Positions 45,592 to 52,686 are shown, counted from the stretch's first letter. The stretch is 52,686 nt of DNA from Minisyncoccota bacterium (GCA_041675045.1 JBAYUP010000002.1:1-52686), one strand, 5' to 3'. Numbers and translations: made by a program. Notes: generated from the letters alone by a model not told the origin.

Positions 45592-46530
45592 TTATCCTGT
45601 CCAATTAAAGGCCATAATACTAAAGTCAACCAATGTAATTTTTGTATCTTTATTAAGGTCAACACGTGCTGGTGGAGCCGGTCGCTTGTACCAATACGCC
45701 ATGATTGAGAAGTCTACAAGATTCACTCGATCATCACAGTTCAAGTCACCTCGCAATTTCCCACATTCACCAACATCGAGCTTTTTGGAAAGCAAACTGA
45801 CCAAGAATGACAGCGTTGGGCTGATGGCACTGATTTGATCTTCAAGAAATGTTTTTGATTTCACTGTGTGTCCACCGTATTCAAGAGGTGACGTATCCAT
45901 GTCGTATTTATATATTCCAGTATTATCTGTTTTAACCTTGCGACTGATTTCTTCTTCTGAGTGGAATACAACATCCACGTTACTGTTAGGTGTTGTTTGT
46001 CCAAATACCTGGAGTGTATCCCCGCGTTTTACTTCCGATTTATCAATTGAGATAGTCGGAGACAAAAAGATTCCTCCGATATTCACCGTCGTACCAGATG
46101 TGACAAAAATTGGGAATGAAAATGTGAGTGATTTAACTCGATTCGCATCTTCTCCATATACAGAGAAATTATATGTACCCGAGGTAAGACCGGTCACACT
46201 AACTGAAAAGCGCGCGCCGGGATCAGACACGGTCGTAGCAGCAATAGAGCCATTTTTCAAAATAGTTATTTTGGAAGACGGATATCCGAGTCCGGAGAAA
46301 TTCACCGTTCCTTCACCTGTTCCACCTCCGCCGGCACCGCCTCCTCCACCGCCACCTCCTCCACCTCCACCACCTCCACCACCTCCACTACTCGTGGAAA
46401 CAACAGTAGCAGAAATAGTTACGGCGGAATCAACAGTTAAAGAAACGACGAGTCCAGGTAAAACAATAATCGCAATCGCAACAATACAAACTGACACATA
46501 TAATGGTTGTTTTCTCGAAAAAATATTCAT
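45592..46530 (-). CDS. N-terminally anchored protein (312 aa) with a poly-Gly linker, two Ig-like modules and a C-terminal dockerin-like repeat pair
   Basis: TM or signal-anchor helix VCIVAIAIIVLPGLVV, then a Gly run G16-A-G4 (21 residues). The C-terminus GDLNCDDRVNLVDFSIMAYWY...VDLNKDTKITLVDFSIMAFNW looks like a duplicated Ca-binding dockerin segment. Confidence 0.6.
   Translation of the reverse strand: MNIFSRKQPLYVSVCIVAIAIIVLPGLVVSLTVDSAVTISATVVSTSSGGGGGGGGGGGGGGGGGAGGGGTGEGTVNFSGLGYPSSKITILKNGSIAATTVSDPGARFSVSVTGLTSGTYNFSVYGEDANRVKSLTFSFPIFVTSGTTVNIGGIFLSPTISIDKSEVKRGDTLQVFGQTTPNSNVDVVFHSEEEISRKVKTDNTGIYKYDMDTSPLEYGGHTVKSKTFLEDQISAISPTLSFLVSLLSKKLDVGECGKLRGDLNCDDRVNLVDFSIMAYWYKRPAPPARVDLNKDTKITLVDFSIMAFNWTG
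45595..45768 (-). other. Dockerin-like duplicated segment (domain of the 312-aa protein)
   Basis: Two repeats of the form D-L-N-x-D-x-x-[VI]-x-L-V-D-F-S-I-M-A about 32 residues apart. Confidence 0.5.
46324..46386 (-). repeat. (GGN)n low-complexity tract encoding 16 Gly, 1 Ala and 4 Gly
   Basis: The plus strand reads CCACCTCCGCCGGCACCGCCTCCTCCACCGCCACCTCCTCCACCTCCACCACCTCCACCACCTCC. Confidence 0.9.
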
Positions 46531-47531
46531 TACGAAAGAGGTGCCCGTGACCTTTTAATAATATATGTATTATATTTCTTGAGTAATTGACGACCTCCTA
46601 AGAATAGTACTGCGCCAATACATACGACTACAAGCATAAGGTGCCATGGAAATACAAAAAATACGAGATGTTCAATATCGGTCTGTTGTTGATTTCCATA
46701 CACGAGGGAAAGTTTCGCAAAATACGGACCAAGTGCAAAATTCTTCCATTGATACTGGACCGTTCGAAAGAAAGAAGCCGTACGCCCTCCAAAGAATGGC
46801 TCAGAATCATCATGAGAATACTCGAGCCATTGTACTTCAAACAATCTGGTACTCCCGGGCAACACATTACCGAGAGATTGATTCGCATCAATACGTTTTG
46901 TGGGATACCATACAGTATTTCGAATTGTAATCTTCCCTTCTGGTTTTACCCTATCATTTCCATCATTACGAAAACGATACTCAAAATGAACAGGCAATGA
47001 TGTATGAAAAAACTTTTTATTTTTTGTAGCAAAACTAAGTAATCCTCCCGCTTCATTAATATCACCAACAACAGAAAGTAGGACGAGGACACCTGTTTTT
47101 GCAGCAATAGCTACCTGCCCTTCTCGAGTAGCACTTGGCGCAGTTCCAAAAAAGATAGCTCCAAAGTGCCCCCCAGAAGAAGCGTCTTTGGGAATAGAAA
47201 TAGAAACCGAAACGTTTTTTGATCCACCTGGTGGCACCGTAATAGAACTCGGGGCATTCATCCATGTACCAATATCATTTGTAGGTTCAATAAAATGAGG
47301 ACTACCAGTTTCACCCTGTGCCTCAAAATTAGCAAAGGAAATAAAAAATGTTTGTGATGTTGTTTTGTTCTCATTCAAAAGAGTAATGTCTTTGTGAATA
47401 GTGTCACCGGGCTTTCCACTCAACTCAATCCGTGCAGGAGAAACAGTTAGCGCATATACTGTGCTACTTGAAACACCAAAGAACATTATGACTACTAAGA
47501 AATATATTATTTTTTTCATATTTATATACAT
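46530..47531 (-). CDS. DUF916-like (CscA-like, PapD-like Ig-fold) secreted protein with a C-terminal TM anchor (333 aa; likely start at Met5, 47519)
   Basis: Signal peptide ...VYA-LT. LTVSPARIELSGKPGDTIHKDITLLN...WMNAPSSITVPPGGSKNVSVSISIPKDASSGGHFGAIFF. TM helix LMLVVVCIGAVLFLGG. The family call is by eye. Confidence 0.5.
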   Translation of the reverse strand: MYINMKKIIYFLVVIMFFGVSSSTVYALTVSPARIELSGKPGDTIHKDITLLNENKTTSQTFFISFANFEAQGETGSPHFIEPTNDIGTWMNAPSSITVPPGGSKNVSVSISIPKDASSGGHFGAIFFGTAPSATREGQVAIAAKTGVLVLLSVVGDINEAGGLLSFATKNKKFFHTSLPVHFEYRFRNDGNDRVKPEGKITIRNTVWYPTKRIDANQSLGNVLPGSTRLFEVQWLEYSHDDSEPFFGGRTASFFRTVQYQWKNFALGPYFAKLSLVYGNQQQTDIEHLVFFVFPWHLMLVVVCIGAVLFLGGRQLLKKYNTYIIKRSRAPLS

Positions 47532-47537
47532 ATAATA

Positions 47538-48620
47538 TTAAAAATTTGCGGTTGCCACAAAAGTCTGTGTGGTTGAATAACTTCCTGCCTCAGTCGACGA
47601 GCTTATATTGGTAATATACCTAACTGAATATGTGTCTGTTGTTGTGGCCACAGTTGCACTTGCTACTTGGGCTGACGTTGAGGACGTAGCTGTATATGCA
47701 TACCCCGACGCAGCGTACGGTGCAGTAACTGCACCTGATCCACCAGATTGTGTAAGGCGCATACCGAATTGTTCCGAACCTGCTGAAGAGTTTGTGTTCG
47801 CAGGAAGAGCAGTAATAGTATTTAATCCTGAAGTGAGAGTTGCACCTTGTACGGTGAGTGTATACCCTGTTGGGCTGTTTGTATGTGCTGCCATCGAAAA
47901 TGCTTCAGCTTCGCTTGTGGTTGGACAGGTTGTGTCTCCGGGATCAGAGCCTTGTGCAAAACACGCAAATGAAGACGATAGATTTCCGAAAAATATTGTA
48001 GCATCAGAAACAGAAAATGAGAGCGTCTCGTCAACCGTGGCAGATACGGCGACTGCACTATTTGATAGTATAGGAACAGACATAACTCCGGTATCTCCAA
48101 AACTTCCAGTTATCGAAACATATAGTGTACCAGCAGTTCCACTCGTAATACCAAACACACCAGTTGATTGGTTGGTTGCATTTGTTCCGATCTTAAAAGT
48201 AACAACGCTTCCAGCAGTGATTGGAGATGATCCGTTCGTAAATGTAATCACGGTTGCAGATGTTCGTACTACACCCGCTGTTGCACCAGATGGAGTGCTT
48301 GCAAGCGTCAAATCAACTCCATCATCAAGCACATCAATATCTGTATATGTTAGTGAGGAGTGAATTGTCGGTGCGGTAGCAGATGATGAAAACGTAAGGA
48401 TAATAGTTCCACCAGAAGCAACACCTGTCGGAGTCGTAAATACAAGTGTATGATTTGCACTTGTGCTTGCCGATTGAGTATTTAGAGCATCAGAAAGATT
48501 AGTAAGCGATGCTGCTTGCACAAAAGATACGAATGAAAATCCAAAAGTATACACAAAAACAAACACGGTAAATATAAGTTGCGTAACTATTTTATTTGTT
48601 TGTACAGAATGAATAGTCAT
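47538..48620 (-). CDS. Secreted Thr/Ser/Ala-rich beta protein (360 aa) with a WxL-like C-terminal domain; paralogue of 48624-49595
   Basis: Signal peptide ...VQA-AS. C-terminal half LSFSVSDATIFFGNLSS...GYTLTVQGATLTSGLNTITA...FGMRL...GSGAVTAPYAASGYAY...AGSYSTTQTFVATANF. Confidence 0.55.
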   Translation of the reverse strand: MTIHSVQTNKIVTQLIFTVFVFVYTFGFSFVSFVQAASLTNLSDALNTQSASTSANHTLVFTTPTGVASGGTIILTFSSSATAPTIHSSLTYTDIDVLDDGVDLTLASTPSGATAGVVRTSATVITFTNGSSPITAGSVVTFKIGTNATNQSTGVFGITSGTAGTLYVSITGSFGDTGVMSVPILSNSAVAVSATVDETLSFSVSDATIFFGNLSSSFACFAQGSDPGDTTCPTTSEAEAFSMAAHTNSPTGYTLTVQGATLTSGLNTITALPANTNSSAGSEQFGMRLTQSGGSGAVTAPYAASGYAYTATSSTSAQVASATVATTTDTYSVRYITNISSSTEAGSYSTTQTFVATANF

Positions 48621-48623
48621 ATT

Positions 48624-49595
48624 TTAAAATGTTGGCGTGGCGACAAAAGTAAGTGTGGTTGTGTATGACCCAGCAGGCAACACCTGTTCAATCGTCGCCA
48701 CTGAACGGACAGAGTATGTTGTCGTTACATCATCTCCAGTGCTTGCACTTGCAAGTGTTGAAGCGGTTGTCGTTGTTCCAGCATACGCAAAGCCAGACGC
48801 TGAATAAGGAGATGATACGGCACCAGATCCCCCAGTTGCTGTTGCGCGAATACCAAATCTGTTCGTTCCCGCTGTTGGAGTTGTGTTTGTTCCACCGATT
48901 GCAGTAATAGTATTTCCTCCGCTTGTGAGAGTATCTCCCTGCACAGTAAGAATATATCCGTATGGAGCATTTGTATTCACTGTCATATTAAATGCTTCAG
49001 TTTGAGTACTACTCCCCGTTCCATCACCGGTTGCGTACCTAAGTGCCGAAGAAGACAAACTACCGAAACCAATTGTATTGTCAGATACGGTAAACGAAAT
49101 TGCTTGAGAAAAAATATCCGCGCAGATTTTATTTGTGTAAGCACTCGGCCCTCCCGCTTGTGCATTTGTTGGAGTTCCAGACATTGACGCAACTGTTGTA
49201 TCGTACCCCGTACAATCAACAGATTCATACCCAATGGTAATAATGTCGCCAGCGTACACACTCGAGAGACAGGCATTCTGTCCATAATTTGACTCAGTAT
49301 TTTCTTCAACATGCGCGTTCGTCACGCCTGAAAGTTTTGCGAGCACTCCATAATTCCCTGAACATGAATTCCCGAGTCCCGTAACGCCACTACAACAAAT
49401 CACATTACTGTCATATACGGCTGTTGCTTGACTTGGAAGTTCAGCGTGAGCATTATCACTCCCCGAAAGACGAAGAACAACGGTACCACTACAAAGCGCC
49501 GAAGTAGTAAGTGAACACGAGAGCGCCGCATACACAACATGCAACGGCATGCCTATCAACATCAAAGCAACGACGATTGAGAAATTGTTTTTCAT
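48624..49595 (-). CDS. Secreted protein (323 aa from MKNNFS; the ORF extends to 49634) with a Cys-rich N-terminal half and a WxL-like C-terminal domain
   Basis: Signal peptide ...VYA-AL. Eleven Cys after the signal peptide and a duplicated L[RK]LSGxxNAHxE motif. C-terminal ISFTVSDNTIGFGSLSS...GYILTVQGDTLTSGGNTITA...FGIRA...AGSYTTTLTFVATPTF. Confidence 0.55.
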   Translation of the reverse strand: MKNNFSIVVALMLIGMPLHVVYAALSCSLTTSALCSGTVVLRLSGSDNAHAELPSQATAVYDSNVICCSGVTGLGNSCSGNYGVLAKLSGVTNAHVEENTESNYGQNACLSSVYAGDIITIGYESVDCTGYDTTVASMSGTPTNAQAGGPSAYTNKICADIFSQAISFTVSDNTIGFGSLSSSALRYATGDGTGSSTQTEAFNMTVNTNAPYGYILTVQGDTLTSGGNTITAIGGTNTTPTAGTNRFGIRATATGGSGAVSSPYSASGFAYAGTTTTASTLASASTGDDVTTTYSVRSVATIEQVLPAGSYTTTLTFVATPTF

Positions 49596-49596
49596 A

Positions 49597-52500
49597 TTAT
49601 GGTTGTGGTTCACTGGATGATAGAGAAGATGCATCAGAATTTACGGGATCAGACGGAACATTTACATCTCCATCACCAGTTACCGGAGGAAGTGATCCAC
49701 CTGTTCCTTCGTCTACGGTCACATCGTCACCTGAAGATGAATCATCCCCACCGCTTACATCAATACCTGACGCATCGCTCCCATCTGTCCCGCTATTTCC
49801 TGAAGCATCTCCGCCATCTACCACGCCAGATCCATCAGAGGATCCACTTCCACCACCTGAACCTCCACCATTTGACCCATCAGAAATAGTTCCACCTAAA
49901 AGTTCTTTCAATTTTTTCAACTCCTCTCGTGTCACACAGACATCTTCTTCCGCTTCGTCGTCACCAGAAAGACACAATTTCTTTGTGCGGACTTCCCCAA
50001 AGAACACAACCTCAAGAGAATTATCAATATCAGCGAGGAATGTTTTCACAAGAGATGCTACTGAATTTTGATTCTCGAGATCAAGCGACGCGACACCCTC
50101 CACCTTAATATTCAAATCTTGAATTGATTTCACAATAAGTGGAGTGAGTTGACTATAACTCACCTTCCAGTATTCATTTGGATTTGTGGGTGCAAACACC
50201 GCATCAGGATATGATTCGTATAATTCTTGTGCAACGAAACCATGCACGAGATTTTCAGGATTTGCATTGTAGTAGAAGTCTCTAACTTTAATACTCATCA
50301 AGTCAGTAAGACCAATAGTTGTATCTGTAATTGGGTTATTATTTTTCAATCGTTCGTCAGATGGCGCACAGACATTTGCTTGTCCACCGGTATAACAAAT
50401 AGATCCGACATCGCCTCCATCTCCATCATTGAATTGAATCCATTTACCTGCACTTGGTGTATCGGCACCTGCTTGGATGACAATACCGTAACGGTTGTCA
50501 TTGTTACCATCGTTGAAGAAATTAGCAGAGTAGGTTGAAGAGGCATCAGCTCGAACATCAAGACGGTACGAAGGAACGTTTGTACCAATACCTAAATTAT
50601 TTGAAGCATCATTCCAGAAAAAGTTTGTATTATCACCAGCAAAGTTCCCACTGGCATCAACAAAGACAATAGAACCACTCGCATCTGAAAGTGTTAAAGT
50701 CTGTTTCGAAAAAGCAAGCCATCCTGAACCATCATAAAAGTTTGGTACATTTGTACTTGCGTTATAAAGGAAGAGACCTGTCGCAGGAGACGCTATTGCA
50801 TCACGTTGTCCTGTACTCAATCGTGGAGGGAGAAATCCTTGTGTTGTAGAATATATTTCAAAAACCGCAGAAGGAACAGCTCCTGTATTACTATAGTATT
50901 TAGCTGAATCAGTCATAAAGTTTGCCATAAGAATACCTCCACCAGTATTAGAGTCAGATTGAATCATACCAGCCGTATTAATCAACAAACCATAATTTCT
51001 AAGACGAGTACCTGCCCCTGCAATATCAAATACTCCTGCATTCGTCGTCATGTAGCCCCATTTTGACAATACCCCCTCAGAGGTATTTATATCAGAACGG
51101 ATTTCAAGCATCGTATCACCTGTTGTGTTTTTTACTCTCAAGAGATAATCATAGAGTGTCTGTCCTGTAATCTGGAGGTATGCTGTTGGGTTTGATTCTC
51201 GAATACCAATATTTCCATTTCCTTTTACGATTAACCTATCACCACCGGCAAGTGTATATGAAGATCCCGATGCAGTACCTGAAAACGCAACCGAGACAGT
51301 AATATCAGTATCTGAAGTAATTACAGATATGGTTTTTGTTTCAGATCCTGAAGTAGTTGTTACAGTAATCGTATCACCCACTTTGAATGTATTTGTAAAT
51401 TGCGTACCCGAACCAGTAACGGTCGTCGGCGCACCGCCAGTAATCGTCACAGTACCTGTTCCTGCTGTTGGTTGTGTAACTTGGAAATTCGCTGTCGGCG
51501 ATGTTGTGCCAAGACCGAGACGATTGTTGGTGTTGTCAAAGAAAAGACTAGTAGTATCTGAAGTTAGGTTTCCACTTGCATCAGCAAACATGAGTGACCC
51601 CGATGCTGTTTGTGTCTCACCAGCAATGAGTGCTATTTGATTTCTTATTGAAGCTGGGGTGAAATACAATGTCGAACTACTAAATTCAAATGCCCCAGCT
51701 TCTGGCGTTGCCATATTTGTTCCCGTCGTAAGTTTAAGTGGTGCAAAATTCGCACTTCCATCGCCGGCTTTTATATGGAGAAGTGCGGATGCCGTACCAG
51801 AATCACCGATACGAAAATTTCCATTTGCATTAAGATTCATTCGAGCTGTATCATTAGTTCCGAAATATATTCGTGCATTCTCACGATTATAAAAATACGC
51901 ATCAGCTCCATTCACACCAAAGGTAAACCCGTCAGCAGTTGAATTATACCCAGTATCAGTTGTTTGAATTTGATTATACGAAACAGAACCTGTCGAACGC
52001 AGATATAGCTGTATATTTTGATTTGTATAGATGTCGAGAGGCGACGCAGGAGTTGCAGTACCTATTCCTAGATAATTCGAGGATGCGTCCCAGAAGAGAC
52101 TGCTATTGTCTTCAGCGACATATCCACTGGTCGTTGCAAACAAAACTGAGCCCGTCGTAAACGCTGTAGCAGTTGCATTTTGCAAGAGAATATTACGATC
52201 ACTATTTGATGGAGAGAAATAAAGTTGAGTTCCATCGTATTCCACCGCCCCCGCTTCTGCTGTGGTGAGATTTGTTCCAGAAGTAAATTTAAGTGGTGCA
52301 GTTGAAGCAGTTGCTGTACCTGCGGGTAAGTGTAATCGTGCAGTTGCACCCACTGTACCAATCCCCACATTACCAGTAGTTGCTATTCTAATAGCATCAG
52401 TTCCACCATTGATACCAAAGCCGAGCGCAGTGCCACTACTTGCTGAAGTTAAGTACCCGAGAGAAGCTTCGGTTCCGTAGATAACACCATTAAGACTAGA

Positions 52501-52686
52501 ATCGAGGAAGTAAGCAATTTCACCCGTTCCACTTCTTCGAATATCCAAATGCGCCCCCGGACTCGCCGTCCCAACTCCTAATCTGTTGTTCGAATTGTCC
52601 CAGAAGAAGCTTGCATTATCTTGTGTATAGTTTCCACTTGCATCAGCAAAGACAATAGAACCTGGTGTAAATGTAGTAGAGGTTCC
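49597..52686 (-). CDS. Giant tail-fibre-like surface protein, N-terminally truncated by the window edge (at least 1029 aa) with an internal S74 intramolecular-chaperone domain and an acidic Gly/Ser/Asp tail
   Basis: The frame stays open from 52686 with no stop, so the TTG at 52548 is not the true start. A ~40-aa motif GS[IVL]xF[AV]xxSGxxxxDxxxxF[FW][DN]xxxNxLG[IVL]GT occurs four times. The S74-like block is SDERLKNN...GFVAQELYESYPDAV...VSYSQLTPLIVKSIQDL. Confidence 0.75.
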   Translation of the reverse strand, partial: GTSTTFTPGSIVFADASGNYTQDNASFFWDNSNNRLGVGTASPGAHLDIRRSGTGEIAYFLDSSLNGVIYGTEASLGYLTSASSGTALGFGINGGTDAIRIATTGNVGIGTVGATARLHLPAGTATASTAPLKFTSGTNLTTAEAGAVEYDGTQLYFSPSNSDRNILLQNATATAFTTGSVLFATTSGYVAEDNSSLFWDASSNYLGIGTATPASPLDIYTNQNIQLYLRSTGSVSYNQIQTTDTGYNSTADGFTFGVNGADAYFYNRENARIYFGTNDTARMNLNANGNFRIGDSGTASALLHIKAGDGSANFAPLKLTTGTNMATPEAGAFEFSSSTLYFTPASIRNQIALIAGETQTASGSLMFADASGNLTSDTTSLFFDNTNNRLGLGTTSPTANFQVTQPTAGTGTVTITGGAPTTVTGSGTQFTNTFKVGDTITVTTTSGSETKTISVITSDTDITVSVAFSGTASGSSYTLAGGDRLIVKGNGNIGIRESNPTAYLQITGQTLYDYLLRVKNTTGDTMLEIRSDINTSEGVLSKWGYMTTNAGVFDIAGAGTRLRNYGLLINTAGMIQSDSNTGGGILMANFMTDSAKYYSNTGAVPSAVFEIYSTTQGFLPPRLSTGQRDAIASPATGLFLYNASTNVPNFYDGSGWLAFSKQTLTLSDASGSIVFVDASGNFAGDNTNFFWNDASNNLGIGTNVPSYRLDVRADASSTYSANFFNDGNNDNRYGIVIQAGADTPSAGKWIQFNDGDGGDVGSICYTGGQANVCAPSDERLKNNNPITDTTIGLTDLMSIKVRDFYYNANPENLVHGFVAQELYESYPDAVFAPTNPNEYWKVSYSQLTPLIVKSIQDLNIKVEGVASLDLENQNSVASLVKTFLADIDNSLEVVFFGEVRTKKLCLSGDDEAEEDVCVTREELKKLKELLGGTISDGSNGGGSGGGSGSSDGSGVVDGGDASGNSGTDGSDASGIDVSGGDDSSSGDDVTVDEGTGGSLPPVTGDGDVNVPSDPVNSDASSLSSSEPQP
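50095..50367 (-). other. Peptidase S74 / chaperone-of-endosialidase-like autoproteolytic domain
   Basis: CAPSDERLKNNNPITD...LMSIKVRDFYYN...HGFVAQELYESYPDAVF...WKVSYSQLTPLIVKSIQDLN matches the family pattern S-D-x-R-x-K ... G-[FL]-I-A-Q-E ... Y-x-x-L ... I-Q-x-L. Confidence 0.65.

Noticed and set aside
46324-46386. CRISPR-like array or frameshifting phase-variation repeat
   Set aside because: This is a triplet low-complexity coding tract inside an ORF. It has no spacer-repeat organisation, and length changes would stay in frame.
43270-46530. Cellulosome
   Set aside because: Cohesin-like and dockerin-like modules are present, but there is no glycoside hydrolase, CBM or multi-cohesin scaffoldin. 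A degradative cellulosome is not supported.
45866-46558. 230-aa plus-strand ORF containing a long poly-Pro run
   Set aside because: It is the antisense shadow of the poly-Gly gene (45592-46530), since GGN codons read as NCC on the other strand. It has no independent start context or signal. The minus-strand gene has a coherent anchor, Ig-like and dockerin-like architecture.
47608-50071. Long plus-strand ORFs (47608-48363, 251 aa; 49511-50071, 186 aa; also 51329-51640 and others) opposite the surface-protein genes
   Set aside because: These are shadow ORFs created by biased Thr/Ser/Gly/Ala codon usage on the minus strand. Their products are low-complexity Pro/Ser/Val strings with no motifs. 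The same reasoning applies to the antisense ORFs inside mreB (9447-9905), uvrB (5430-6047), tsf (12827-13186), rnr (31690-32097), smc (35482-35838) and nusB (37845-38180).
49597-52686. Prophage tail module
   Set aside because: The S74 and tail-fibre motifs suggested a prophage. Within the window, however, there is no capsid, terminase, portal, baseplate, integrase or lysis gene. The downstream partners are cohesin-, dockerin- and WxL-like surface proteins followed directly by gyrB. The region upstream of 52686 is unseen, so this rejection is provisional.

Overview
This is a 52.7-kb AT-rich, tightly packed chromosomal segment with about 45 protein-coding genes and one tRNA-Thr(UGU). I saw no rRNA, CRISPR array, transposase or integrase. 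Most genes are housekeeping: uvrA, uvrB, tgt, mreB-mreC, proS, rpsB-tsf, a co-directional rpoB-rpoC-dnaG-rpoD block, trmD, rpsP, rnr, an smc-like gene, rnc, nusB, rpmF, thrS and gyrB. Several are minimised or rearranged: a ProRS without the INS editing domain, a ThrRS without the TGS domain, a 752-aa SMC with no hinge, NusB fused to a Nudix hydrolase, and a sigma-70 with a Lys/Ala/Pro-rich basic N-terminus. The start codons I inspected lack Shine-Dalgarno motifs, and several operon heads look leaderless (extended -10 box 6-7 nt before the ATG). Together this suggests, by inference only, a reduced-genome Patescibacteria/CPR-type bacterium. Two things stand out. (i) rpoB is interrupted by a single in-frame TGA that sits exactly on an invariant Gly codon, while TGA ends only 1 of 45 CDS (39 TAA, 5 TAG). 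(ii) The last ~9.4 kb (43270-52686, minus strand, running off the window edge) is a seven-gene operon of secreted or membrane-anchored proteins. It combines two cohesin-like anchors, a poly-Gly/dockerin-like protein, a DUF916-like Ig-fold protein, two WxL-like paralogues and a >1000-aa tail-fibre-like protein with an internal S74 intramolecular-chaperone domain. With no enzymes and no phage genes in view, it is a candidate uncharacterised cell-surface attachment apparatus. All family assignments come from reading motifs by eye; no database search was possible.
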